Source of the DNA: Acidobacteriota bacterium
Lineage (GTDB): Bacteria; Actinomycetota; Acidimicrobiia; Spongiisociales; UBA11373
Direction: 5' to 3'
DNA length: 64,000 bases
NCBI GenBank assembly: GCA_022571885.1
Contig: JACZWZ010000001.1
Span: 156 to 64,155 of the forward strand
Shown: positions 29,140 to 38,915 of the stretch, piece by piece
How positions within the stretch are numbered: the stretch's first letter is position 1
How the letters are laid out: each line of letters opens with the position of its first letter
Notes under the pieces: generated by a model
What the model was told of the DNA's origin: nothing
Database searches by the model: none
The model's input: the letters and a program-made list of their open reading frames with translations, nothing else
Translations under genes and position numbers: made by a program

Positions 29140-29987
29140 TGGTCGTCTCCCTGGTCGGCGATGGCGTGCTCCTGTCCGAGATAGGCGCGGATCACATCCG
29201 GATTCCGCTGGACCTCCTCTGGGACACCGATTGTGATCGACTTCCCGAAATCGATCACCAGAACCCGGTCGGCGAGATCCATTACCAGACGCATGTCGTG
29301 ATCCACCAGGATGATCCCGATCTTCAACTCGCGTCGAATGTCGGTGATGAAGCGGGCCATATCCTCGGTCTCTTCCAGATTCATCCCGGCTGTCGGTTCG
29401 TCCAGGAGCAGCAACGTGGGCTCCATGGCGAGAGCTCGGCCCAGCTCGATACGCTTCTGGATTCCGTACGGGAGCATCGCAACGAACGACCTGCGGAACT
29501 GTGCGATGTCGAGGAACTCGATGATTCCCTCGACGATCTCCCGATTGCGGGCCTCCTCACGGGAGGCCTTGCCGATACGCAGCATCGCCGCCGGGGTCCC
29601 GTACCGGATGTGCTGGTGCCTTCCCAGCATGAGATTGTCCAGCACCGTCAGCTGAGGGAAGAGTTCGATGTTCTGGAAGGTACGAGCAACACCGAGATCG
29701 GCGATCTTGTTCGGCTTCAAGCCGAGAAGTGTCTGACCCTCGAACTCGATCGATCCCGCCTCGGGATGGTAGGCGCCGGAGATGCAGTTGAAGATCGAGG
29801 TCTTGCCGGCGCCGTTGGGTCCGATTATCGCAAACAGCTCCCCGGCCTTCACCGAAAATGAAACCCCGTCGATGGCCTTGATACCGGCGAACGAGAGGTG
29901 GACCTCATCGAACTCGAGGATGGCAGGTCCGTCCCGGTCGCCCGGCGGAAGGAACTCATTGAGCATCCGCGCTCTCATGACAACCAC
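29136..29987 (-). CDS. ABC ATP-binding protein (LivG-like)
   Basis: GPNGAGKTS Walker A, LLLDEPTAGMN. Confidence 0.85.
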   Translation of the reverse strand: MVVMRARMLNEFLPPGDRDGPAILEFDEVHLSFAGIKAIDGVSFSVKAGELFAIIGPNGAGKTSIFNCISGAYHPEAGSIEFEGQTLLGLKPNKIADLGVARTFQNIELFPQLTVLDNLMLGRHQHIRYGTPAAMLRIGKASREEARNREIVEGIIEFLDIAQFRRSFVAMLPYGIQKRIELGRALAMEPTLLLLDEPTAGMNLEETEDMARFITDIRRELKIGIILVDHDMRLVMDLADRVLVIDFGKSITIGVPEEVQRNPDVIRAYLGQEHAIADQGDDQ

Positions 29988-30760
29988 CGCTTCTTCCGGC
30001 GGTAGTGCTTGGCGTCGGCAAACGACTTGATCTCGCCCTCACCGCCGAGTCCGAGATAGAACTCTCGCACATCGTCATCGGCAAGGAGGGCTGCTGCCGC
30101 CTTGTCCATCACGACCTTGCCGGTCTCCAAGACGTAGCCGTGTGAGGCGATCGACAGCGCCATCGTCGCGTTCTGTTCGACCAGCAAGACTCCGGTGCCT
30201 TGCCGATTGATCTCAACCACGATGTCGCGAATCTGGTCCACCAGCAGAGGAGCAAGGCCGAGGCTGGGCTCATCGAGCAGCAGGTAGCGAGGCGCCGACA
30301 TCAGAGCCCGACCGATCGCCAACATCTGTTGTTCACCCCCGCTGAGGTATCCGGCGGTGAACTTGGGACGATCCCGCAGCGGGGGAAACAGGCTGTAGAC
30401 CCGCTCGAGGCTCTCGTCCATCTGCTTGCGAGCGGTGTGGGCGCCGAGTTTGAGGTTTTCCTCAACGGTCATCTCGGCGAGGATGCGACGGCCCTCCATC
30501 ACCTGCGAGATTCCGAGCTTGACGATCTTGGCGGCGGAGGCGGCATGAATCGGGTCGCCGTCGAGGAGGATCTCACCCTTGGTGAGATCCCCGTTGTGGA
30601 TATCCATCAGTCCTGATATAGCTCTCAGCACCGTGGTTTTACCCGCACCGTTGGCACCGAGCAGCGCCACAATCTCTCCATCCGGAACCTGGAGAGAGAT
30701 GCCGCGCAATACGAGGATCACGTCGCTGTAAACGACCTCGACGTTCTTCAGCACCAACAC
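29975..30760 (-). CDS. ABC ATP-binding protein (LivF-like)
   Basis: GANGAGKTT, LSGGEQQMLAIGRALM, LLLDEPSLGLAP. Confidence 0.85.
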   Translation of the reverse strand: MLVLKNVEVVYSDVILVLRGISLQVPDGEIVALLGANGAGKTTVLRAISGLMDIHNGDLTKGEILLDGDPIHAASAAKIVKLGISQVMEGRRILAEMTVEENLKLGAHTARKQMDESLERVYSLFPPLRDRPKFTAGYLSGGEQQMLAIGRALMSAPRYLLLDEPSLGLAPLLVDQIRDIVVEINRQGTGVLLVEQNATMALSIASHGYVLETGKVVMDKAAAALLADDDVREFYLGLGGEGEIKSFADAKHYRRKKRWLS

Positions 30761-30962
30761 CCGGCCGCGCCCTCCCTGATCTGGCGCGGGAGGCTACCAA
30801 GTGCTTCGCCCACCTGTCGGGCGGGCGAAGCACTGTCTCCAGTTCCAGATGTTGTCGCGCTCGAGCCATCGAACGCTTCTACCGGTCTTTCCCCAACACG
30901 CCGTCGAGTCCCCAGTCTCCAGCCAGCACGCGTGCAAACTCCGACTGGTGATTGGTGACTTC

Positions 30963-31412
30963 CTAGTGGGTGTCTTCTCGCACCCACTCGGCACCGCCCG
31001 GCCAGTGCTCCTTCTTCCAGATCGGCGCCCGTCGTTTCAACTGGTCGATCAGGTATTGACCGGCCGGAAAGGCGTCGGTCCGGTGTGGTGAGGAAACTGC
31101 AACGGCGACAGAAATTGCACCTACGTCGAGCGAACCGGTGCGATGGACCACCGCCACCCGAATCACTTCCGGCCAGTTGGAACGAACTTCGGCCACAATC
31201 TCACCGATCTTCGTCTCGACCACTCCGCCGTAGGCCTCGTATTCGAGGTGAGTGACCCCCGCACGACCCTGAGAGTGATCACGGACCGTGCCCAGGAACA
31301 GAACCACCGCTCCTGCCGTTGGCACCGACACCGACGAGATGAGGCGTCCAGGGTCTATTGCCCGTTCGGAGACCTCGATGAGATCATCAGTCGTCAACGC
31401 CCTACCACCCAT
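30963..31412 (-). CDS. moaE: molybdopterin synthase catalytic subunit MoaE
   Basis: From MGGRALTTDD...: THLEYEAYGG...VHRTGSLDVGAISVAVAVSSPHRTDAF...APIWKKE. The 216-aa upstream extension in the ORF track is antisense to htrA and rejected. Confidence 0.8.
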   Translation of the reverse strand: MGGRALTTDDLIEVSERAIDPGRLISSVSVPTAGAVVLFLGTVRDHSQGRAGVTHLEYEAYGGVVETKIGEIVAEVRSNWPEVIRVAVVHRTGSLDVGAISVAVAVSSPHRTDAFPAGQYLIDQLKRRAPIWKKEHWPGGAEWVREDTH

Positions 31413-31431
31413 CCGTCCATAGAATCGACCC

Positions 31432-32673
31432 GTGCCCGAGACTACCTCTCCACCCGGCGACCCACTCCCCGATCCGGCATCCCAACGGCGGGAGACCGCA
31501 CCACACCGCCTCCCAGAGCGACCTCCCACTTCGGAGTTCGAGGTGGAAGACCCTTGGTCTCGCCGCGCCCCCCGACGCCGCCAACCCGCGCCGAGGTTCT
31601 TCTGGCGGTCGGTGGGAGTCGTCGTTGCCTCCGCCCTGGTCGGAGCGGCGTCCGCTTCTGCGGTCTTCCTGCTGCGGGGCGACACTGCACCGTTGCCGAG
31701 TGCCGTCGTCGAACTGGTCGAAACGCAGATCATCACCACTGAGTTTTCGGCAGCACCGGCGGCGGCGGTGGCGCTGAAGGTGCTCCCCTCGATCGTCACG
31801 GTTGAGATCGGAATCATCGACGGAGCCGACTTCATCGTCACCGGCTCGGGTTCGGGTGTGGTCATCGACATCGACGGAACCCTGGTCACCAATGAACACG
31901 TGGTCGGTGGGGCGGCTGCCGTCCGGGTCGTCTTCGCCGATGGGCGTTCATACGATGCCGAAGTCGTCGGAACCGATTCGCTCACCGATCTGGCGGTCAT
32001 CACCATCGATGCCCTCGGGCTCACCGCCATCGAACTCGGAACCAGCGTCGACATGGCCATCGGCGACCCCGCAATCGCGATCGGTAGCCCGCTCGGACTC
32101 GCCGGCGGACCCTCCGTGACCGTGGGCGTACTCTCGGCATTTGATCGAAGGGTTCAGGTCGCTGGCGATGTCGAACTCTTCGGCATGCTGCAAACCGATG
32201 CCCCCATCACTCGCGGTTCGTCGGGCGGCGCCCTGGTCGACTCGAAGGGCCGACTCATCGGTATCACGTCGGCGATCGGCGTCAGCGACGTGGGGGCCGA
32301 GGGGCTCGGCTTCGCCATCCCGGTCGAGATGATGACGCGCATCACCCAGGACATACTCGAATTTGGGGGAGCCCGACACGCCTTCCTCGGCATTACCGGC
32401 TCGACTCACTTCGAAATCGAGATAGATGGAGCGGTTGCCCCCGCCGGCGTCGCAGTGGCATCTGTGATCGAAGACACCGCCGCCGACGCCGCCGGCCTGC
32501 TGGTCGGTGACATCATCGAATCCGTTGATGGACAGCAGGTGACGACAATGGACGGTCTCGTCGTGCGACTGCGGTTCTATCGCGTCGGCGACGTCGCAAA
32601 ACTCCAGATCTTGCGCAATGGAGAAATCGTGCTCCTCGACATGGAGCTCCTGGAACGTCCGGAGGGAGTGTGA
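31432..32673 (+). CDS. htrA: HtrA/DegP-family serine protease with PDZ domain
   Basis: TNEHVV (His), DLAVI (Asp), GSSGGALV (Ser) triad context; C-terminal PDZ; N-terminal Pro-rich region plus TM. Confidence 0.85.
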   Translation: MPETTSPPGDPLPDPASQRRETAPHRLPERPPTSEFEVEDPWSRRAPRRRQPAPRFFWRSVGVVVASALVGAASASAVFLLRGDTAPLPSAVVELVETQIITTEFSAAPAAAVALKVLPSIVTVEIGIIDGADFIVTGSGSGVVIDIDGTLVTNEHVVGGAAAVRVVFADGRSYDAEVVGTDSLTDLAVITIDALGLTAIELGTSVDMAIGDPAIAIGSPLGLAGGPSVTVGVLSAFDRRVQVAGDVELFGMLQTDAPITRGSSGGALVDSKGRLIGITSAIGVSDVGAEGLGFAIPVEMMTRITQDILEFGGARHAFLGITGSTHFEIEIDGAVAPAGVAVASVIEDTAADAAGLLVGDIIESVDGQQVTTMDGLVVRLRFYRVGDVAKLQILRNGEIVLLDMELLERPEGV

Positions 32674-33749
32674 TGGAGAGCGACAACCTGTTCGACCGTC
32701 TCGCCGATCTCTTTCGCTCCAATGGGTCGGTCAATTGGCGGCTCGCCCGCGAGATCGCCGAGAGCGTCGCAGGGGAATCGGAACCGGTCGATCCGTGGCT
32801 TGCCGAGGAATACCGCGAGCTGGCAGCCACGGCAGGAATGCGGATAGCAGCGACATCACCACTGGATCCGACCGGGAAGACCATCGATGTGCTGGCAGTC
32901 GATCGCCGTACCTGGGCCGGGAACAACGTCGAGGCGTTCTCCTATTTGGCCGAACCGGTGGCCGAGAAGATGGCCGGTGGCGAGGGGTTCGGATCCCCGC
33001 TCCAGCCACTCGGGCCTGCACTGATCGGCATGCAGATGGGGTCGGTAGTCGGCTTTATGAGCCACCGTATCCTCGGTCAATTCGACGTGGGAATCCCCGC
33101 CGGCACCGAGACGCCGATCTCGTTCGTTGTCCCCAACATCGAGGCCTTTGCAGTAGATCACGACCTGGATCTCCGTCAGACGCGGCTCTGGGTAGCGCTA
33201 CACGAAGTCACCCACCATGCAGAGTTCGCAGTCCCCTGGGTCAAAGAGCACTTCCTGATGCTCATGCACGCCTTCGTCGAAGGGCTCGAGATCGACCCGG
33301 ATGAGATCTCCCGCCGGATGGAGACCCTCCAGGACCCGGAGTCGCTGCAGCGCATGCTCGACGATCCATCTGGCTTCTCCGGTCTACTCGCCAGCGAGGC
33401 CCAGCAGGGCCCCCTCGAAGACGTCCGGGCATTCATGGCGGTGATGGAGGGATATGGTGAGTACCTGATCGAACGGGCCGCACCGGGTCTCATCCCCGAA
33501 GCACCGCGGATACGCCAGGCGATCGATGACAGGCGTGAGGAGCCATCACAGGGCGAGCAAATCCTGCAGCAGGTTCTGGGCCTCGACCTCAAACACCAGC
33601 AGTACCGGCTGGGAGCCGAATTCTGCGAAGAGGTGGACGGCCGCTGGGGCGATGACACCCTGGCCAAGATGTGGGACGGCCCCCAGATGCTGCCGACCCT
33701 GGGCGAACTGGAAGATGTGGTCGGGTGGGCAGCGCGGGTTCTTCTCTAG
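32670..33749 (+). CDS. zinc-dependent metalloprotease (HExxH), actinobacterial DUF2342-like
   Basis: LHEVTHHAEF HExxH motif; overlaps htrA stop (operon). Confidence 0.6.
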   Translation: MMESDNLFDRLADLFRSNGSVNWRLAREIAESVAGESEPVDPWLAEEYRELAATAGMRIAATSPLDPTGKTIDVLAVDRRTWAGNNVEAFSYLAEPVAEKMAGGEGFGSPLQPLGPALIGMQMGSVVGFMSHRILGQFDVGIPAGTETPISFVVPNIEAFAVDHDLDLRQTRLWVALHEVTHHAEFAVPWVKEHFLMLMHAFVEGLEIDPDEISRRMETLQDPESLQRMLDDPSGFSGLLASEAQQGPLEDVRAFMAVMEGYGEYLIERAAPGLIPEAPRIRQAIDDRREEPSQGEQILQQVLGLDLKHQQYRLGAEFCEEVDGRWGDDTLAKMWDGPQMLPTLGELEDVVGWAARVLL

Positions 33750-33934
33750 GAAGCACCCGATCTAAACGTGGCCTCGCGGAATCCCATCAACGCGCCTGCC
33801 GGACTCGCCTCCGAGTTCCGTCGAGCTGCCCGTTCCACACGTAGCGGCCTCCGACATCAGAAACGCGTCTGCAGCGCTCGTGATTGCGACCCTGTCGAGA
33901 TACCCGATCAGAGCGCGCCTGACCTGTCTCTGCG

Positions 33935-34020
33935 TTCTGACTGGAGACTGGTGACTGGTGACTGAGGACTGGCGACCGGACTCCTTCGGGAGTCGGGCAT
34001 CGGGCATCGGGGTTACGCTG
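33935..34020. repeat. heptamer tandem repeats (GACTGGT/GGAGACT-type, then GGGCATC x2)
   Basis: ctgactggagactggtgactggtgactgaggactggcgacc...gggcatcgggcatcggg read directly. Confidence 0.7.
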
Positions 34021-34046
34021 AAGACCCCCGACCACAGGATCTACTC

Positions 34047-34505
34047 ATGCCCATCGACATCGGACAGCCCGCTCCCGACTTCGAACTGCGCAACGTCGAT
34101 GGGGAAACCGTGTCCCTCACCGACCTCGCCGGTCGTAAGAGCCTGATCGTCTTCATCCCGTTCCCGTTCACCGGAACCTGCGAAGGCGAACTGTGCACCA
34201 TCCGCGATCGGATGGAAGAACTCAACGAGATCGACGCCAACGTGGTGGCGATCACCACCGACACCCTGTTCTCCAACAAGGTCTGGGCGGAGCAGAACGG
34301 ATTCAAATTCCCGGTGCTCAGCGATTTCTGGCCGCACGGGTCCGTCACCGATGCCTACGGAACCTTTGATCCGAAGGTGGGAGCGGCCAACCGGAGCAGC
34401 TTCGTCCTCGACAAAGAAGGTGTCGTACGCGCCGTCATCGCCACCGAAAGCCGCGGGGTCGCCCGGGACTACGACGACTACCTGGCTGCACTCAACGCCA
34501 TCTAG
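34047..34505 (+). CDS. 1-Cys/2-Cys peroxiredoxin (AhpE/Bcp-like)
   Basis: FIPFPFTGTCEGELC peroxidatic Cys motif; 152 aa. Confidence 0.8.
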   Translation: MPIDIGQPAPDFELRNVDGETVSLTDLAGRKSLIVFIPFPFTGTCEGELCTIRDRMEELNEIDANVVAITTDTLFSNKVWAEQNGFKFPVLSDFWPHGSVTDAYGTFDPKVGAANRSSFVLDKEGVVRAVIATESRGVARDYDDYLAALNAI

Positions 34506-34555
34506 CCATTTAGGTATTAGGTATTAGGCGTTAGGTATTAGGTATCTGGGCTTGG
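34505..34555. repeat. (TTAGGTA)x5 tandem array followed by a dispersed 30-nt motif (acccacggctcttcg...ctcatc) at 34577-34612
   Basis: ccatttaggtattaggtattaggcgttaggtattaggtatctggg read directly. Confidence 0.8.
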
Positions 34556-34734
34556 ACCACCTTTGACACGCCCTCTGTACCCACGGCTCTTCGCCATACA
34601 GCTCATCGCGGCGTGACCGGAGCCCCAACCCCAGGCCACCGAGTCCACGCCTATGAGGCACGAACTCTCAGCCGCCGACAGCACCCAGAACGCGAAAATC
34701 GCAGATGAGGACTGCGTCCCTATAGTGCGATGAC

Positions 34735-35964
34735 GTGGACATGATCACCGTGATCGCCCTTGCGGTCGCCGTCGTCTCGACCGGGCTCGCCCTTCTCTTC
34801 TTCAACAGGGCAAGAGGGCTGAGTCACGCTGTGGATGCCGCCCGACGACGCATCGGCGGCAACCCACCCAAGCGATCGTGGCACCGCGAGGCGGCTCTGG
34901 AGGAAGCGCTGCAGACGCTCGAACGCTCGACCTCCCATGCCCAAAGGGAGCGAGCGCAGCTGGCAGGAGCGCTACAAGCGGCTCGGCTCGGAATCATCAT
35001 CACCGACGACCACGGAATGGTGACCTTCGCCAATCAGCCCGCCGATCAGTACCTGGGGGCACAACAAGGCGAGGCCATCGCAGAAGCAAGGCTCAGGGAG
35101 GCCATCGAACAGGCGATTCTCAACCGAACCACGATCTCGACCGAGGTCGAATCAGGCGCGCCGATTGGACGCTCTGTCGAAATAGTGGTCGTGCCTCTCG
35201 ACTTCGGGGTGGAGAGCGTCGGTGCCGTCACCTACTTGGAGGACATCACCGAACGGCGTCGAATGAGTGAGACACGGCGCGATTTCATCGCCAACGTGGG
35301 TCACCAACTCACCACGCCGCTGTCTGCTCTGGCGGCGCTGTGCGAGACGGTTGCCGACAGTCTTGACGACGCTGAAGTGGCACGACGGCTGGCGTCCCGC
35401 CTCGGACAGGAATCAACTCGCCTGGGTGCAATGGTGGACAGCATCCTCCAGTTGAGCCAGGCCGAAGCCCAGAAGGCACGAACCCAAGCTGTTCAGGCCT
35501 CAGAGCTGACAGAATCTGCAGCCGACGAGATGGGCCGAGCCGTCACCGAACGCGGGGCTGAACTCATCGTGGAAGCGGCACCGCCCGGCGTCTGCATCGC
35601 CGGGGATGAACGACAGCTTCGCTCATTGCTTGTCGGTCTCATCGACAACGCCGCCAAGTTCTCGAACTTGCCAGAGGGAAGTCCGCCGTCCCGTATCTGG
35701 CTTCGGACCTCGGTCCAGGGCGAGTCGGTGGTCTTCACCGTGCAAGATGAGGGAATCGGAATAGCCAAGGATCAAACCGATCGCATCTTCGAGCGGTTCT
35801 ATCGGGTCGATCGTTCCGAGCCCGGCACCGGACTCGGCCTCAGCATCGCGCGCCACATAGCCCGCGACCACGGCGGTGACGTAACCGTGATCAGCAAGCC
35901 GCAGGAGGGATCGATCTTTACCGTGACACTGCCGCTGTGGCGGGAGGAAGGGGTTAGGCGTTAG
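34735..35964 (+). CDS. sensor histidine kinase (TM - PAS-like - HisKA - HATPase), no adjacent response regulator
   Basis: FIANVGHQLTTPLSAL H-box; NLPEGSPPSRIWL...QDEGIGI...GTGLGLSIARHIARDHGGDV N/G boxes. Confidence 0.8.
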   Translation: MDMITVIALAVAVVSTGLALLFFNRARGLSHAVDAARRRIGGNPPKRSWHREAALEEALQTLERSTSHAQRERAQLAGALQAARLGIIITDDHGMVTFANQPADQYLGAQQGEAIAEARLREAIEQAILNRTTISTEVESGAPIGRSVEIVVVPLDFGVESVGAVTYLEDITERRRMSETRRDFIANVGHQLTTPLSALAALCETVADSLDDAEVARRLASRLGQESTRLGAMVDSILQLSQAEAQKARTQAVQASELTESAADEMGRAVTERGAELIVEAAPPGVCIAGDERQLRSLLVGLIDNAAKFSNLPEGSPPSRIWLRTSVQGESVVFTVQDEGIGIAKDQTDRIFERFYRVDRSEPGTGLGLSIARHIARDHGGDVTVISKPQEGSIFTVTLPLWREEGVRR

Positions 35965-36020
35965 GCGTTAGGAAGACTCTGCCTAGTACCTAATCCCTAA
36001 TGCCTAATTCCTTCCTACCT
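35945..36020. repeat. TTAGG inverted-arm palindrome (gggttaggcgttaggcgttagg aagactctg cctagtacctaatccctaatgcctaattcc)
   Basis: Read directly between convergent genes; overlaps the last codons of the kinase. Confidence 0.8.
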
Positions 36021-36952
36021 CACCCAAACAGTCGGAACAAGAGCCTCATGATCACGCCACGAAACCCCGGCTTCGGCAAGCGTCTGAGAACTTCTTCGAT
36101 GTGGTCCGGCGGAAGATCCCCGACCAGTACATAGGAACGGTCAGGCGTGCTCCAGGCCACCCACACATTGCTGGGGGTGACTATCCGGCTGTAGGCGACC
36201 CCGTCGACTTCGAACCGGGTTGCGGAATCGAACTCCGCAGGCCTGGTGCCCAGTCCCGCCTCGAACACGGAAAACGAGAACAGACCATCGGTGTAGAAGG
36301 CCTGAGTACCGGTATCCCCCATGGCATAAGTGTCGGTTCGGGAGTAGCCGAAGGCCGCGCCGGGAAGCCTCGGTGAGGGCACATCCGACATCAGCATCTC
36401 ATGTTCCATGAACCCTTCAGGCATCTCCAACTCGGTCACCGGAGCCGCTATGAACTCCACCAATGCGGCGAACCGGAAGACGTCTCCGTTGCCGTCGAAT
36501 ACCTCGGTCAAAAGCGGAACCGTGCTCTCGTCGTCGATCACGAGGCGAGCTCGCTTTCGCTCGCCTTCCATCACGATCACTTCCGTGGCGGGCCTGCCGA
36601 GACGGGTAGTCGCCACGCGGTCACCAAGCGAGTACCGCTCCGACAGATTCCAAGCCGACCATTCGCCGACTTCGAGCGCATACCAATCGGCCCCGGACTG
36701 CGTGGCGATGAGCGAGCCCGAGAGGATGAAGTCGCCGGCGGGTCCACTCACCATCGACATACCGTCTGAACGGGTGACCTCGTAGGTGGTCGCCGCCGAG
36801 TCCTGACCCCACCTGCACATGACCACACCCGAACCGTGGAAATCGGCGTCCATCGCCGACTCCAGGACATCGGCGAGGCCCTCATCGGCGTACGTCGCTG
36901 TCGGCAGCAAGATCAACCCGGCCAGCGCGAGTGGTATCGAATATCGAATCAC
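36020..36952 (-). CDS. secreted hypothetical protein co-transcribed after the anti-sigma factor (GTG start overlapping its stop)
   Basis: From GTG at 36952: (M)IRYSIPLALAGLILLPTATYADEG signal peptide; GTGA overlap with the anti-sigma stop. The ATG-based ORF (to 37237) overlaps the anti-sigma gene in another frame and is rejected. Confidence 0.55.
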   Translation of the reverse strand: MIRYSIPLALAGLILLPTATYADEGLADVLESAMDADFHGSGVVMCRWGQDSAATTYEVTRSDGMSMVSGPAGDFILSGSLIATQSGADWYALEVGEWSAWNLSERYSLGDRVATTRLGRPATEVIVMEGERKRARLVIDDESTVPLLTEVFDGNGDVFRFAALVEFIAAPVTELEMPEGFMEHEMLMSDVPSPRLPGAAFGYSRTDTYAMGDTGTQAFYTDGLFSFSVFEAGLGTRPAEFDSATRFEVDGVAYSRIVTPSNVWVAWSTPDRSYVLVGDLPPDHIEEVLRRLPKPGFRGVIMRLLFRLFG

Positions 36953-37326
36953 GGTCCACCCACTGGGCCTCTGATCGAAGAAATACCGGGAGCAACCACC
37001 ACTCGCGCCGTGTGCTGACCAGCAAGCGTGTCCAGGTCGAACACCTCTGGCCGAGCCGGCGAAACCACCAGGCCGATGGCTAGAACCGCAGCAGCAGCCG
37101 AGGCGGCAGCCCAGATCCAACGGGGCGGCCGACGTAGAGCAGGGACCAGCGGAACCGGCGGTTCCTGCTCCGGCAGCGCCCGGACCCAGCTCCTCACTCG
37201 GGCAAGGCCGGCGAGGTCCGCAGAACATGCGGCACAACCTTCGAGATGGGAGGTGACCGTGGAATGTTCCTCCGGCGACAACTCGTCGTCGAGCAAGGCC
37301 GAGAGGATGTCGATCGGATGGGTCAT
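36949..37326 (-). CDS. zinc-finger anti-sigma factor (RseA-like) with C-terminal TM
   Basis: HLEGCAACSADL (HxxxCxxC ZAS motif), TM AAASAAAAVLAIGLVV; directly follows the ECF sigma with overlapping stop/start. Confidence 0.7.
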   Translation of the reverse strand: MTHPIDILSALLDDELSPEEHSTVTSHLEGCAACSADLAGLARVRSWVRALPEQEPPVPLVPALRRPPRWIWAAASAAAAVLAIGLVVSPARPEVFDLDTLAGQHTARVVVAPGISSIRGPVGGP

Positions 37327-37823
37327 TCGAGCATACCCCTCAACATTTTGCGGCCGCGGTGAATCCGGCTGCGAACCGTGCCCACCGGAATCGCAGTCGC
37401 CTCGGCGATCTCGTCATAGGTGAGCCCGACGACATCACACATCACGACCGCCTCGCGGAAATCGAATGGGAGGGCAAGAAGGGCCTGCTGGAGGTGTTCC
37501 GGGAGCCGAGTCTCGGCCAGAACATCCTCGGGTTCGGACACCGAACCGAAAGCAGTTCGGTCGTCCTCGGGAAGCGCCACCGTCGGCCGGCGCTTCCTGC
37601 GCCGAACATCATCGAGGAAGGCATTTCGGGTGATCCGCCACAGCCAGCCTTCGAATGAGCCAGGCGTGTAGCCGGCGAGCCCGCGTCGGACCCGCAGGAG
37701 CACCTCCTGCATGAGATCGCTGGCGTCATCGGGGTTCCCGGTGAGCCGATATGCGAAGTTGTAGATCCGACGTCCATGGTCGCGAGCCACCTCTTCCCAA
37801 GTGGGTATGGCGTGGTCAGGCAT
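37323..37823 (-). CDS. sigE: ECF RNA polymerase sigma factor (SigE-like)
   Basis: Region 2 (YNFAYRLTGNPDDASDLMQEVLLRV) and region 4 (LTYDEIAEATAIPVGTVRSRIHRGR). Confidence 0.8.
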   Translation of the reverse strand: MPDHAIPTWEEVARDHGRRIYNFAYRLTGNPDDASDLMQEVLLRVRRGLAGYTPGSFEGWLWRITRNAFLDDVRRRKRRPTVALPEDDRTAFGSVSEPEDVLAETRLPEHLQQALLALPFDFREAVVMCDVVGLTYDEIAEATAIPVGTVRSRIHRGRKMLRGMLE

Positions 37824-37879
37824 CCGCCATTGTCACTAACGCCTCCAGGTGAGACAGCGTTCCTTCAATGAGCCCGGAC

Positions 37880-38818
37880 TCACTCCACGGCAAGCGCGTC
37901 GATGAACCCCTGCACCCGCTCCCGGGTGATGAACCGCATCCGGGGCTCGCGGCGTTCCCGATCGTAGATTTCGAACGGAGAAAACTTCTCTGTGATGAGC
38001 AAGCCGCGATCGGCACCCGAGGAGATGAAATCGACCACGAAGCGACCGACCTGACTCTCCGGCAACTCCGGATGATCGAGGCCGACCTGACACACGGTTC
38101 GCAAGAAGATTCGCTGCCCGAACCGGACCGCATCCATGGTATCGGCCGAACGCTCGGTGATGGCGTACCCCGAAAGACGCATCACTCCGAGTACCAGGAC
38201 GCAGGCATCGACCGAATCGGGATCCAATCCTTGGGCACGAATACCGGCCTCGACGGCCTGCGACAGCTTGATCGTCGGAACCAGGGGACTCAGCGTCTCG
38301 GCCGTAGCCGTGTTGGCCAGTCCCGGCGGACTCTGCGGTAGGTCGGAGATTCTGTCAAATGGATCAAAACCGGGACGCGATGCGTGAGGAAGCAACTCGG
38401 GGACCATCGGAGGAGGGAGAGTCCCGGGGGTGTCGAGCTCGACTCTGCCGATCTCGATCCAATCTCCATCGCGCCTACCGAATGCGATGACCCGGTTGAC
38501 CTCATCCAGCGGGAGGGTGCGCCGCTTCTCTCGAACAACCTCCACCGCCTCTGCGATGAGGAGATCCGCCAGCACCGAATCGACCTTGCCGGCGGCAATC
38601 GGAACCTCGAAATAGACCAGGGCCGAACCTTCCGAGACGTGGAAGTCCGCAACCTGAGGGCCCGACGGTTTGGTCTCGACGGACACCGATCCGGTGTCGG
38701 CGCCACCGGAAGAATGGCTTCGGCGAGCGAAGAAGAGCGCGGCGACACCGACGAGCACGGCCACAGCCACAACGATCACGACTACCAAGGCAACCACTCC
38801 ATTCGGCGACTGGTCCAT
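37880..38818 (-). CDS. hypothetical membrane-anchored protein (N-terminal TM)
   Basis: VVALVVVIVVAVAVLVGVAALFF TM then soluble domain; no family recognised. Confidence 0.5.
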   Translation of the reverse strand: MDQSPNGVVALVVVIVVAVAVLVGVAALFFARRSHSSGGADTGSVSVETKPSGPQVADFHVSEGSALVYFEVPIAAGKVDSVLADLLIAEAVEVVREKRRTLPLDEVNRVIAFGRRDGDWIEIGRVELDTPGTLPPPMVPELLPHASRPGFDPFDRISDLPQSPPGLANTATAETLSPLVPTIKLSQAVEAGIRAQGLDPDSVDACVLVLGVMRLSGYAITERSADTMDAVRFGQRIFLRTVCQVGLDHPELPESQVGRFVVDFISSGADRGLLITEKFSPFEIYDRERREPRMRFITRERVQGFIDALAVE

Positions 38819-38856
38819 TGTACGAGAGAGCGATTCGGTGGGTTACTGGCCGTGGG

Positions 38857-38886
38857 CAATTCACAATTCGCAATTCGCAATTCGAC
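38857..38886. repeat. (CAATTCG/CAATTCA)x4 heptamer array
   Basis: caattcacaattcgcaattcgcaattcgac read directly. Confidence 0.8.
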
Positions 38887-38915
38887 TCGACGATGGGCGC
38901 TTGGCCATCCGTGCC

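Noticed and set aside
30963-32060. 365-aa ORF containing MoaE
   Set aside because: Only the C-terminal 150 aa (from ATG 31412) match MoaE; the N-terminal 216 aa are Ser/Thr-rich nonsense antisense to htrA.
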